A stretch of 64,000 bases of DNA from assembly GCA_039932335.1 (NCBI GenBank), contig JBDTQH010000028.1:3728-67727 (forward strand). Direction: 5' to 3'. The translations under genes and the position numbers were made by a program. The DNA is from Chloroflexota bacterium. GTDB taxonomy: Bacteria; Chloroflexota; Chloroflexia; QHBQ01; JADMIH01. Numbering within the stretch: position 1 is the stretch's first letter; each line of letters begins with the position of its first letter. Below the pieces are notes generated by a model. That model ran no database searches and was not told the DNA's origin. It worked only from the letters and a program-made list of their open reading frames with translations. Shown here piece after piece: positions 38,571 to 48,035 of this stretch.

Positions 38571-39674
38571 TCAGCCTACCACTACGCCCAGGCCGGGCTC
38601 TACCTCGCCTACTTCCCAGGATGGGACGCTTTGATCTTCGAGGGCGGCGCGGACCGCTTCTAGTCTGTCGGGTGGGATAGCGGCGAAGAGACCGCCTGAA
38701 GTTTGGGGATCGAAGAGGAGGGTCATAAGGTCGGGGCGGATTGTGCCCTCGGTGCGAACGCGTAGTGTGGTTTGCGCGCCGGTTGGGTGCGCTGCTTCCT
38801 GCTCGTCTTCGTATGCGCTGAGGAGGTATTCGCGATTGCGACCTGTGCCGCCGGGCACCTGCTTGCTCTTGACATACTGGAGTGCGCCGTCGAGGAGAGG
38901 CACCGAGGAGGCGTCAATGCGGAGTTGCACACCGCTTGCCTGGGCCATCTCGGATGCATGGCCCAGCAGACCGAAGCCTGTTATGTCGGTGCACGCACGC
39001 ACGCCCGCCCAGCGCAGTACACGTGCAGCAGGACCGTTCAGGTGCAGCATCGAGTCGACCGCGTCCTGGAGGTGGGCGGGTTCGGCGCGGTCGTTCTTGG
39101 CTGCGGTGGTGATTACGCCTGTGCCGACCGGCTTGGTGAGAAGCAGACGATCGCCGGGACGCGCACCCGCCTTCGACATCACCTGTGCGGGGTCGACAAA
39201 GCCAGTGACACAAAGGCCGTACTTCGGCTCGGGATCGGTGACGGTGTGGCCGCCCGCGATGATTCCGCCCGCCTCCAGCACTTTGTCAGCGCCACCCTGG
39301 AGGATAGCGGTGAGGATTGCTTTGTCGAGATCGGTGGGGAAGGCAACTATGTTCAAGGCAAAGCGAACTTCGCCGCCCATGGCATAAACATCGCTCATGG
39401 AATTGGCGGCGGCAATGGCCCCAAAGGTGTAGGGATCGTCAACGATGGGCGGGAAGAAATCGAGCGTCTGGACAAGAGCCAGGCCCTCGTTGATGAGGTA
39501 GACAGCCGCGTCGTCGCCGGGCGCGAGACCGATTATGAGGTTGGGGTGCGTGTGAGGCACTAATGGACGCAAAACTTGCGCCAGGTCGCCAGGACCCATC
39601 TTAGAAGCTCAACCCGCGCAAGCGGCAAGGCTTGTAAGGCGCACAACTGCGCGTGTATCATTCTCGCTCGACAT
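38571..39674 (-). CDS. selD: Selenide, water dikinase (selenophosphate synthetase); selenoprotein with in-frame UGA at 39611-39609
   Basis: MSSENDTRAVVRLTSLAACAG-UGA-ASKMGPGDL is in frame with the 342-aa ORF; DDAAVY, TLDFFPPIVDDP, GGHT, TDITGFGLLGH, DPQTSGGL; RBS GGGGTGA before ATG 39674. Confidence 0.93.
39583..39597 (-). promoter_or_regulatory. Candidate bacterial SECIS apical hairpin
   Basis: GGGUC-CUGGC-GACCU stem-loop starting about 11 nt 3' of the UGA. Confidence 0.5.
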
Positions 39675-39792
39675 GGCTATCACCCCCTCTCACCGTTCTC
39701 CCTTTATTGTACACATGGCGTGTGTAGATAACAAAGGCTGTCGCGAGGGGTCGGGGATCAGGGGTCGGGGTCGGGGGTCGGGGGTCAGGGGT

Positions 39793-39910
39793 TTTACGGA
39801 CTCACCGCAGAGGCGCAGAGTTACGCAGAGGTTTCTAAGGTTGGATGGTGCTGAGGGAAAAGCGTAAGCGGCACGTAGCAATAGCGAAGAACTGACAACT
39901 GACAACGGTC
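39793..39910 (+). repeat. Dispersed repeat R, copy 6, inside mirrored GGGGTCG/TGACCCC arrays
   Basis: TTTACGGACTCACCGCAGAGGCGCAGAGTTACGCAGAGG...AAGGTTGG...GTGCTGAGGGAAAAGCGTAAGCGGCAC. Confidence 0.8.
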
Positions 39911-39948
39911 CACCCGACCCCTGGCCCCTGACCCCTGACACCCGACCC

Positions 39949-42276
39949 CTACTTCTGCGTGAACGTTACGCTATCCAGGCCAACGCCGAGGTTGCGGGTG
40001 TCGTTGGAGGTTGGGTTGAATTGGACGGGGCTGCGGGTGGGGCTTGTGATAGTGATTGTTACGGTTTTGCCGGATTGGAGTGTGGCCGGGAGATCGACTG
40101 TATAGTCGGCCCAACCCGACGGAACTTCGAGATTAGTGGGCTTTGCACCGTCTATGGATACGGTTACTTGCATGGGGGCGGGAGGGCCGATACCGGGCGC
40201 GGACATTCGCAGGGTGACGGCGTTATAGGTCTGGCCGGCTGGAACGGGTATGCGAACAGTCGAGCGGCCGCGGCTCCAGCGGTAGTCGAAGCTGGGGGTG
40301 CCTGCGCGGTCGGGGAGATGGAAGCCGAGTATATATCCAATATCGCGGCCCGTGCCCACGTCCACCGTAGAGGTGGCGGTTGGTTGGAAGCTGTTCCAGG
40401 GGTTGCCGCGCCAATCTGCTTCGTCGCGCTTTAGCCACGTGCTCTCGTCGGGCGTAAGCTCCCAATCAGGGTTACGGGCGGCAAGGTCAGCGAAGCCGAG
40501 GATGCCGTAGGGGTCGTCGGGGTTGTAGCCCCAACTCTCTGTGTAAAGGGCGCGGGCGTCCTCATCGCGGCCCGCTGCGCGCAGTGCATCGGCGTGGTGG
40601 CGATAGGGCCAGTAGAAGGTGGGGAAAGCCTGTTCAGCAAGCATGTAGCGGCCAAACGAGTCCACCGAAGGGGCAACCAGATCGCCGCGCCATGATTGGT
40701 AAAGGCTCCGGAGGAGAGGCGGTATGTTGGGCGTATAGGCTCCGATTAGCACCCAGAGGAGTAGCACAGCAGTAACAGCCGCGACTTTCGCATGGCTGCG
40801 CAGAATGGCCCAGGCGCGGCGCGGCGAGAAAACGGAGCGCCAATCTGTAAGCACCAGCAGGCCCGCAGCCATGACGATAAGGGCCGGGGCAGAGGGCAGA
40901 CGATAGCGGGCGTCATAAGGCACCACAATGCCCAGCAGCAGCATCACAAGCAGCCAGAGGGTTATCACTAATAGTGTGCGCCCGGCAAGCCCCACAGGCC
41001 GCCTGAGACCCACCCCGGCAAGCCCTGCCATACCTGTGAGACTTAGCAGCAGAAAAGCAACATCGCTGTGGAGCAGGTCGGGCACATCGGGGTCGCGCTG
41101 GCTCATGTCCCAGGGGTTCATCAGCACAGCCGAATTGCTTTCAAGGTGCCAGGCATAAAAGAAGGCGAAGATCGACGCGCCGATAGCCTGGTCGGGATAT
41201 TCGAGAATGTTGGATGTGCCTTCTCGCACAATCACGGCGAGGCGATCAGCGGGGTCCGAATATTGGCGCAGTATGGCGTCCTCGTCTTCGTGCCGGAAGT
41301 TGTGGTAATGCCAGTACGCGGTGGTGTTGGCGGTCTCCAGCAGGAGGAAGCTGCCGTACTGGCGGTAGTTGTAGTAGGTCCAGGGGGCAATCGCAAGCAG
41401 GCAGGCCAGCGTGACAACAGCGGAGCAGACGAGCGGGCGAATGTTGGAGCGCGCCCATTGCAGGGGTGCAAAGCGCAGCCTCGGAAAAGTGCCCGTTTCA
41501 GCATGAGTAGCATTCTGCCGCCTGGCCGCGATATAGACGATGACGAACCAGAGCCATGTGAAGGGGAGCATGGCGATGCCCACGGAGCGCGCCAGGGACG
41601 CGATACCAAGCAATAGACCTGTGAGTGCTGCCACACCAAGCATAGAGCGCCAGGAGCCTTGTGGCTTCCACCACGAGAGAGCATAGAGCGCGGCAAAGAT
41701 TAGCATTATGGAGAGCGGCTCGCTCAGGGCACGCTGGGCAGGGCTACTGGCGAGCGGCGGGTATAACGCGGATATGTAGCCTGCGGCCAGGGCTGCCCCG
41801 GCGGCCTTTCGAAGGAAGCAGCGTGCCGCCAGCAGCATAGTGAGCGCGATTGTTACCAGGCTCGCGATTATTTGCGCGATATTAAGCGCGTCGTAGCGCG
41901 GCTCCATCAGCGCGGCGTCATCACCCTCTGCGTTAGCTGCCGCCGGGTCGCTCACGAAAGGAAAGGACATTGCGAAGAAAATTGAGGTAAGAGGAACGCG
42001 AGTCCAGACGCGGTTGTGCGATATATAGGTGTCTACGTAGCGGCCTTCACGCGCCAGGGTCTGGGCCGGGATGACATAATCGGGTTCGTCGGCACCGACA
42101 GCATAGGCACGAGCATCCTGCCAGTATGCAAGACGAAGAGACATGGCAAGCACGAAGATAACGAGTATATTGGCCGCGAAAAGCAAAGAGGAACGACGAA
42201 AGATGGAGGGAGCTGGCCTACGCCGTTCGTCGTTTGTATGCTGTTCTGTAGCTAGCGAACTATTGTCTGGTTCCAA
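39949..42276 (-). CDS. GT-C (PMT/ArnT, GT39/GT83-like) polytopic glycosyltransferase with TPR and C-terminal beta domain
   Basis: GADEPDY acidic motif after TM1, LSEPL, LAR, PWTYYNY, DARYRLP, many TMs; C-terminal YRWS...DTRNLGVG. Confidence 0.8.
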   Translation of the reverse strand: MEPDNSSLATEQHTNDERRRPAPSIFRRSSLLFAANILVIFVLAMSLRLAYWQDARAYAVGADEPDYVIPAQTLAREGRYVDTYISHNRVWTRVPLTSIFFAMSFPFVSDPAAANAEGDDAALMEPRYDALNIAQIIASLVTIALTMLLAARCFLRKAAGAALAAGYISALYPPLASSPAQRALSEPLSIMLIFAALYALSWWKPQGSWRSMLGVAALTGLLLGIASLARSVGIAMLPFTWLWFVIVYIAARRQNATHAETGTFPRLRFAPLQWARSNIRPLVCSAVVTLACLLAIAPWTYYNYRQYGSFLLLETANTTAYWHYHNFRHEDEDAILRQYSDPADRLAVIVREGTSNILEYPDQAIGASIFAFFYAWHLESNSAVLMNPWDMSQRDPDVPDLLHSDVAFLLLSLTGMAGLAGVGLRRPVGLAGRTLLVITLWLLVMLLLGIVVPYDARYRLPSAPALIVMAAGLLVLTDWRSVFSPRRAWAILRSHAKVAAVTAVLLLWVLIGAYTPNIPPLLRSLYQSWRGDLVAPSVDSFGRYMLAEQAFPTFYWPYRHHADALRAAGRDEDARALYTESWGYNPDDPYGILGFADLAARNPDWELTPDESTWLKRDEADWRGNPWNSFQPTATSTVDVGTGRDIGYILGFHLPDRAGTPSFDYRWSRGRSTVRIPVPAGQTYNAVTLRMSAPGIGPPAPMQVTVSIDGAKPTNLEVPSGWADYTVDLPATLQSGKTVTITITSPTRSPVQFNPTSNDTRNLGVGLDSVTFTQK

Positions 42277-43462
42277 GCTTTACCTGTAGCTCGCGCGCTG
42301 TACCGTTGTTCAACACGCGGAGGGTGACAGTTTGATTGGGCTGGAAATTGGTAAGAACGTTAGCGAGCGGGTGCGTTTCGTCCAGCACGATACCGTCAAT
42401 GCTCAGTATGACTTCGCCTGCCTGCAAGCCGCTCTGTTCGGCCACGCTTGGGCTGACAACGCCCTCGATGAGTGCGCCTGTCTCAAGCAGGTTGCCCTTT
42501 TCGTCCCTGAGGTCGTAATAGGAGGCTAGCACACGATTGACGGGCCGGGTACGCACACCAAGGAAGGGGCGGGTAACTTTGCCGTTACCTATCAACTGGG
42601 CTGAAACGGTCTTCACGGTGTCCACCGGAATTGCAAAACCAAGCCCTTCGGCCACATCGCCGCTGGTGCCGTCACCTGTGCCGCGCACCACCGCTGTATT
42701 AATGCCTATGACCTCTCCCGACAGGTTGAGCAAAGGACCGCCCGAATTACCGTGATTAATGGCAGCATCAGTCTGGATCATGTTCTCCATATTGGTGCCG
42801 TCTGTGCGCTGCAGCGTCCTGTTGAGGCCGCTGACCACGCCGACCGTAACGGTGTTCTCGAAGTCGCCCAGGGCCGAGCCAATGGCGATTACTGTTTCGC
42901 CTACCTTTAGCTTGCTTGAGTCGCCAAGCTGGGCAACCGCGGCTACAGGGTGGTCCACCTTGAGCACAGCAAGGTCGCTGAGGGCGTCGGAGCCAAGGAT
43001 GGTTGCGGTAGAGGTTTCGCCATCAAAGAAGATGACCTGTAAGCCGCCCGCCGAGCTACCCGCCACCACATGATAATTGGTGATAATGCGGCCTTCAGTG
43101 TCGATAATGATGCCGGAGCCGCGCGCTTCACCCTCGAAGCCCTGGGTGCCGTCGAGCCTGTTCACGACCGTCACGACCGCAGGTGCTAGCTGTTCGACCA
43201 CCATAACGGCGGCCTGCTTCTCGGCGGGCACCTGCCAACCGCCACCGGAGTTCGGATCAGACGCAACCGGGGCAGACGTCGGCACTACCTGTGCACCTGT
43301 GGCGGTGCCGGAAGGGGCCGGGGTTGAGAGAGGCTGCGTGGTTGTGCCGGGATTACCTTTGGGCAGCTCGGTGAGACTGCAGCCCGAGATGGCTAACGAA
43401 AATGTGAGCGCCACTACTGTTCCCAGAAGAGCATGCCGCGTTTTCGAGAAACGATATGACAT
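42260..43462 (-). CDS. HtrA/DegP-family serine protease with PDZ, lipoprotein
   Basis: Lipobox ISGC; triad TNYHV, SDLAVL, GNSGGPL; QTDAAIN; PFLGV PDZ. Confidence 0.93.
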   Translation of the reverse strand: MSYRFSKTRHALLGTVVALTFSLAISGCSLTELPKGNPGTTTQPLSTPAPSGTATGAQVVPTSAPVASDPNSGGGWQVPAEKQAAVMVVEQLAPAVVTVVNRLDGTQGFEGEARGSGIIIDTEGRIITNYHVVAGSSAGGLQVIFFDGETSTATILGSDALSDLAVLKVDHPVAAVAQLGDSSKLKVGETVIAIGSALGDFENTVTVGVVSGLNRTLQRTDGTNMENMIQTDAAINHGNSGGPLLNLSGEVIGINTAVVRGTGDGTSGDVAEGLGFAIPVDTVKTVSAQLIGNGKVTRPFLGVRTRPVNRVLASYYDLRDEKGNLLETGALIEGVVSPSVAEQSGLQAGEVILSIDGIVLDETHPLANVLTNFQPNQTVTLRVLNNGTARELQVKLGTRQ

Positions 43463-43468
43463 AAGAAG

Positions 43469-43517
43469 AACCCCGCTAAATCATCGTATAGACATTATAC
43501 GATGATTTAGCGGGGTT
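43469..43517 (-). terminator. Long hairpin terminator
   Basis: AACCCCGCTAAATCATCGTATA...TATACGATGATTTAGCGGGGTT. Confidence 0.75.
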
Positions 43518-43565
43518 CGGGTACTTGCATGATAGATATAGTGTTGAACAGCAGGGGTTACTTGC

Positions 43566-44243
43566 TCAATGGGGGAAGCGCGGCTCATACTCGCGGAGAA
43601 AACGCCCAACCCTACGGAACGGCACTACCAGCAACATTGCGAGCACGACAAGTGCTGTTATACCGCCAACTATCAGGTCAATCCCGCTCGTCGATCCCAG
43701 TATTTCGGCAATAAGCGCGGCTAGCACTCCGGCGAGTACCGCATCGATGACACCGATGATATTGGGTGTGCTGGAGAAGATAGCGACGATACCGAAGCTC
43801 CACCTGCGTCCGCCGTATGTCAGCCAGATACTATCCAGGTCATCGTGGTGGCTGGTAATGAAGTAGGGCTCAAGCTCGGGGGCAAGCTCAATATATGCGT
43901 GGCGAAGGCGGTTCATGCCTATCACGAGCCACGCGTCTTCCTCATTGACAGTGCCTAAACGGCTGTACGTTCCAAGTCCGAGCAGTAACACGATTGGGAG
44001 CACGAGGAGCGCGAAGAGGCGAAACCCTTCGCCGAAAGCCGTTGCCTGCGCCACCAGGGCCAATGCCACCACGGCTGCCGATAGGACGGTCAGGAATATG
44101 GAGGTTCTGCTGAACGCCTCATTCCAGGTCATACTGCGGGTGGCAAGTAGGTTCCAATGCTCGGTGGCGAGGATCTGAACGCGCACCGAATCGGTGACCC
44201 CACTCCGGTCGGAAATGAGAGGAGGCGTAGACGGATCTACCAT
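43566..44243 (-). CDS. Hypothetical 4-TM membrane protein
   Basis: RBS CAGGAG; QILATEHWNLLATRS, GMNRLRHAY, four hydrophobic helices. The ORF-track extension overlaps the next gene. Confidence 0.75.
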   Translation of the reverse strand: MVDPSTPPLISDRSGVTDSVRVQILATEHWNLLATRSMTWNEAFSRTSIFLTVLSAAVVALALVAQATAFGEGFRLFALLVLPIVLLLGLGTYSRLGTVNEEDAWLVIGMNRLRHAYIELAPELEPYFITSHHDDLDSIWLTYGGRRWSFGIVAIFSSTPNIIGVIDAVLAGVLAALIAEILGSTSGIDLIVGGITALVVLAMLLVVPFRRVGRFLREYEPRFPH

Positions 44244-44350
44244 GCAGGTCTCCTGTTGCGCTATCCGAACACCATATGACGATCTATCGCGCGGAGTGCC
44301 GGGGAGACCGGCGTAGTGCGACGTTACACGTTGTGAAGGTTGAAACCAGG

Positions 44351-45823
44351 CTAGAGGTTGAACCACCCGGCAGGGTCGGTTTTGCCTTCGGTGGGGCGGT
44401 ATTCTCCGCTCTTGGCGTTCTGCTTGTAGGTGCCTTTCCACTTGCCGTTCTGGATGTCCCACAGGGCGTCAATCACGGCATCTACTTCTTCGCGGCGGCT
44501 GTAGAAACCGAACGAGATGCGCACCGCGCCCGGCATACCACTCCTGTCACCCTGTCCAACTTCGTCGCGCAATTCGTGGACGCGATCATGCGAGAGACCG
44601 AAGAGGCTCATCAGGTAGGGGTGAGCGCAGAAGCCGCCCGTGCGCGTGCCGATAGCGTACTCATGGCTCAGCACAGCAGCGGTAAGCTGGTGGTCCACCT
44701 TTTCAAGGTTGAAGGCGATAACGCCCAGCCTGTCTTCCTTAAGCTCAGGGTCACTTGGTCCGTAGATGATGATGCCGGGGATTTCGTTCATCTTTTTCAG
44801 GGCGTAGGAGGTGAGATCACGCTCGTGCTGAATAAGCCAATCCCAGCCAAGATCCTGCGAGATGAAGCGGCAGGCGGCGGCCATGGCAATCGCGCCGGGA
44901 ACGTTGGGGCTGCCCGCTTCTTCGCTGTCGGGAGGGCCACTCCACATCTCTTCCTCTTCAGAGACGAAGAGCACGGTGCCCCCACCAACGAGATCGGGCT
45001 GGTCGCCTCGGAACGCATCGGTCGGGCCGATCAGCACGCCGCAGCCGAGAGGAGCATACATCTTGTGGGCTGACAAGGCCAGGAAATCTATCGATTCAGG
45101 GTCGCTAAGACGGCCCATGCGGATAGGGCGGTGCGGGGCAAGTTGGGCGGCGTCTACCAGGAGCAGCGCGCCCGCAGCGTGTACAATGCGAGCAATGGCG
45201 TGGACATCCGGGATCACGCCTGTGACGTTAGAGCCGCCAGAGATGGCAACCAGTTTGACATGCCCCTCGTTGGCGGCCAGCCGTGCGCTTAGATCGGAGA
45301 GAATAGGAGCGCCAAAACGGTCTACGGCGACGTTCTCGACATGACCGCAGCGCTTTCGCCACGCAAGGATGTTGGAGTGATGCTCCATGAGGGAGGTGAG
45401 CACCACATCGCCGGGGCGCAAATGGAGCCTTCCGGCGCAGCGGTTGATAGCCTCGGTGGCGTTGCGAACGAATATGCAGGCGCGCTCTGAGAGGTCAGCG
45501 CCCACGAACTCGGCCACACGATCACGCGACTGCTCGTAGGCCAGCGAGGAAACTTGCGATTTGAAACCGCTGCCGCGATGCACTGCCGCGTACCATTCGA
45601 GGGACTCGTCTACCTTGTCTTTTACCGGGCGTGCTATGGGGGTGGAGGCGGCGTTATCGAGATTAATGTAGGGACGGAGTGTGCCGTCGAGGGTGGGGAC
45701 AAGAGTGTGACCGCCGACTATAAGATCGCGCAGATCGACGCCCACGAGATCGGGCGATACCGGGTGAAGAGGAGCCGCGTGGGTGGTCGCAGCGGGGGTA
45801 CAGTCAATCTCCTCAGCTTTCAT
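44351..45823 (-). CDS. Class V PLP aminotransferase, SufS/CsdA-type cysteine desulfurase or selenocysteine lyase
   Basis: NLDNAAST, MEHHSN, SNVTG, DAAQ, SAHK (PLP Lys), EAGSPN, RTGGFCAHP, VRISFG. Confidence 0.88.
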   Translation of the reverse strand: MKAEEIDCTPAATTHAAPLHPVSPDLVGVDLRDLIVGGHTLVPTLDGTLRPYINLDNAASTPIARPVKDKVDESLEWYAAVHRGSGFKSQVSSLAYEQSRDRVAEFVGADLSERACIFVRNATEAINRCAGRLHLRPGDVVLTSLMEHHSNILAWRKRCGHVENVAVDRFGAPILSDLSARLAANEGHVKLVAISGGSNVTGVIPDVHAIARIVHAAGALLLVDAAQLAPHRPIRMGRLSDPESIDFLALSAHKMYAPLGCGVLIGPTDAFRGDQPDLVGGGTVLFVSEEEEMWSGPPDSEEAGSPNVPGAIAMAAACRFISQDLGWDWLIQHERDLTSYALKKMNEIPGIIIYGPSDPELKEDRLGVIAFNLEKVDHQLTAAVLSHEYAIGTRTGGFCAHPYLMSLFGLSHDRVHELRDEVGQGDRSGMPGAVRISFGFYSRREEVDAVIDALWDIQNGKWKGTYKQNAKSGEYRPTEGKTDPAGWFNL

Positions 45824-45914
45824 TGGGTGTTCCTCCTATGCACATCTCCGTTGACGGGCACACTGTTCGCAGCGCTTACCAAGGGGGTAGCCGTCTGCAG
45901 CGACTTGGTGATAC

Positions 45915-45943
45915 TATACCGCGCTGTAAGCACATTTGCAAGC
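45915..45943 (-). promoter_or_regulatory. Putative sigma70 promoter (coordinates approximate)
   Basis: TTGCAA-N17-TATAGT on the minus strand. Confidence 0.5.
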
Positions 45944-45955
45944 ATAGCAGACTGC

Positions 45956-46139
45956 GTAAGCGTTCAGATTTGGGGTGGAGCAATCTTCAAGTCTCGTCTC
46001 TATGGAAGCACCCTCACCCCCAACCCCCTCTCCCATGCGTGGAAGAGGGGGCTTTATATTGTGTATACCAGGGGACACCCCTGGTACCCCGTCATGGGCT
46101 TCGCCCCTGCACCTCGCTACCCCTATTCTGGACACTTGC
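45956..46139. mobile_element. IS66-like MITE copy E
   Basis: GTAAGCGTTCAGA...TCTGGACACTTGC; flanks CAGACTGC/TAGACCGT (5/8 match, transitions only). Confidence 0.78.
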
Positions 46140-46263
46140 TAGACCGTATGTAGGCTATAGAGACGGATTGGAGTTAGCAGTCACTGTCGTGCCGGCAGCC
46201 TGAGCCGAAAATGAAAAGAGCCACCGTAAGCGGGTGGCTCTTTGTTCGGTTTGGGATAATAGA

Positions 46264-46833
46264 TTACTTTGTTATGACTGTTGTAGCCGTGAGCGACGGC
46301 GAGGCGATAGTAGCTGTGCCTGTGACGGCGGCTGACGCGCTGATCGCGGTGGCGGTGGCTTGTGCCTGGGGCTGGTACTGAGAGATGAGTGCGAATGCCT
46401 CTGCTGCCCAGGCGGCGCTTCCGTTGATTGTCACTGCCCTCTGCAGGTAATCGACACCGGAGAGGTAGTCGGGCGTGGGATTCTGAGGGGATACATATGC
46501 CTTGCCGAGCTTGAATAGCACATCGGCATCGGTCGCGTTTTGCGACAGATAGGCATTGTACAGACCAATCGCGTTCTCATACTTGCCTGAGGCCAGTTCC
46601 GTATCAGCCTGTGTAACGAGACCGAGGAAACTGCTCGGGTTCGTTGTGGGCGTCGCATCAGACGCCGGAGTGCTTGCGGGCGTGCTGGCGATGAACACGG
46701 TGGAGACCGTGCCTATTATAAGGACGGCAACGAAGAAGTAAGCGAAAATGTTTCTGCCCAAGTCACGTATTCGTTTGCGATTAGCAGCGCGACGTTTGGC
46801 AGAATACCGGGTATCTTGTTTTGAGCTAGACAT
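46264..46833 (-). CDS. Single-TM TPR protein
   Basis: Basic N-terminus, TM helix, TPR (GKYENAIGLY, VLFKLGKAY); TAAAAT lies 7 nt before the ATG. Confidence 0.75.
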   Translation of the reverse strand: MSSSKQDTRYSAKRRAANRKRIRDLGRNIFAYFFVAVLIIGTVSTVFIASTPASTPASDATPTTNPSSFLGLVTQADTELASGKYENAIGLYNAYLSQNATDADVLFKLGKAYVSPQNPTPDYLSGVDYLQRAVTINGSAAWAAEAFALISQYQPQAQATATAISASAAVTGTATIASPSLTATTVITK

Positions 46834-46869
46834 GATAGAGATTTTACCAAAACCAACGAAATTGGACAA

Positions 46870-46990
46870 GTGAGACGTGAGGCGTGAGGCGTGAGGGGCG
46901 TAAAACGTAAAGCGTAAAACGTAAGACCGAGATTCCATGGCGACTCGGCGTTCCAAAACCGTACTTACGTTTTACGCTTTACGTTTTACG
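46870..46990. repeat. Mirrored heptamer arrays (CGTGAGG)n(CGTAAAA)n ... (TTTTACG)n
   Basis: Visible directly in the sequence. Confidence 0.8.
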
Positions 46991-47891
46991 GTATGTAAAG
47001 GCCACTGGAGGTTTGTTTGCCTCTTGGTGGGTTAGTTGGGTTGGTGGGGGGCGGTGGTGTGGGCGTGTGCGTGTCGAGGGTTATGCCGCTATCCTGGCCA
47101 GGCTGCTGGCTGCCGTCGGCTGTTGGCCCTGCTCCTTGCGGGTGTGCGCCGTTGTCGAGGCTGGCGAGGTTCTGGATGGCTGCGGCTATGGCTTCCTCGG
47201 CCTCCGCGCTTAGCTGCTTCTCGTACTGGCGTACAGCGGTAAGGGTCTGGTAGAGCCAGGCCTGGAACTGGGCCGCGGGGAGAGCGCCTTCAGCCGCGTT
47301 CACAAGCTGACCCTTGTAGAACATGAGCGTGGTGGGGAGTGATTGCACGCCTAATCCCTGGGCGAGCGCAGGCTCGGCATCTGTGTCGAGCTTGGCAAAT
47401 TTCACCACGCCCACATACTGCTTGGCGGTTGCCTCGAAGATGGGAGAGAACTGCTTGCAGGGGCCGCACCAATCGGCCCAGCAGTCTACCACCACAGGGT
47501 ATTGTGAGCGAAGCACTTCGCGCTCGAAGTTGGCGCGTGTAAGAGCTATAACGCCTTCCGCGCTGGCCTTCTTGGCGGCCTCGGCTTGCAGCCGTATAGC
47601 CTCAGCAAGCTCTCGCTTGTGCTTGGCGCGGGCCTCCAGCACCTCTTCGGGCTTCATCGTGCCGTCTACCTGTGCTTTTACCAGCTTGAGATCAACCAGG
47701 TCATCGCCCCAGTGTACGGCGTCTTTGTCACAGAAGTTGAGGCATGGGCCGGGACAGTCGCCACAGATGGTGGCATCGACTTCCCAGCTTTTCTTCAGGG
47801 GGTTATGAAAATAGGCATCATATGGGCACCCGCCCGCGGCAAAGCAGTGTTCGCGGTCAACGCAGGCTTTCGGGTCTACAAATACTGGCAT
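46986..47891 (-). CDS. Ferredoxin-thioredoxin fusion protein
   Basis: N-terminal Cx5Cx5CP and Cx2Cx3Cx3C; WADWCGPCK thioredoxin with SLPT cis-Pro. Confidence 0.85.
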   Translation of the reverse strand: MPVFVDPKACVDREHCFAAGGCPYDAYFHNPLKKSWEVDATICGDCPGPCLNFCDKDAVHWGDDLVDLKLVKAQVDGTMKPEEVLEARAKHKRELAEAIRLQAEAAKKASAEGVIALTRANFEREVLRSQYPVVVDCWADWCGPCKQFSPIFEATAKQYVGVVKFAKLDTDAEPALAQGLGVQSLPTTLMFYKGQLVNAAEGALPAAQFQAWLYQTLTAVRQYEKQLSAEAEEAIAAAIQNLASLDNGAHPQGAGPTADGSQQPGQDSGITLDTHTPTPPPPTNPTNPPRGKQTSSGLYIP

Positions 47892-48035
47892 CTGATATTC
47901 TCCTCCAACGGGATATTATACCAAAGAAGGAAATTAGTGGTTAGCGGAATTGTGCGCATGCAGAATGACAAAGAGCCGGGCGCTTTCTTCTGCGTCCGGC
48001 TCTTTGTTACTATCTCGTAGTTGAAGGATGGATAG

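Noticed and set aside
45824-45912. SAH-riboswitch-like words (AGCGCUGCGA, CAACGG) in the desulfurase leader
   Set aside because: The CAGGCUC and CGCUC pseudoknot partners are absent, so no fold could be supported.
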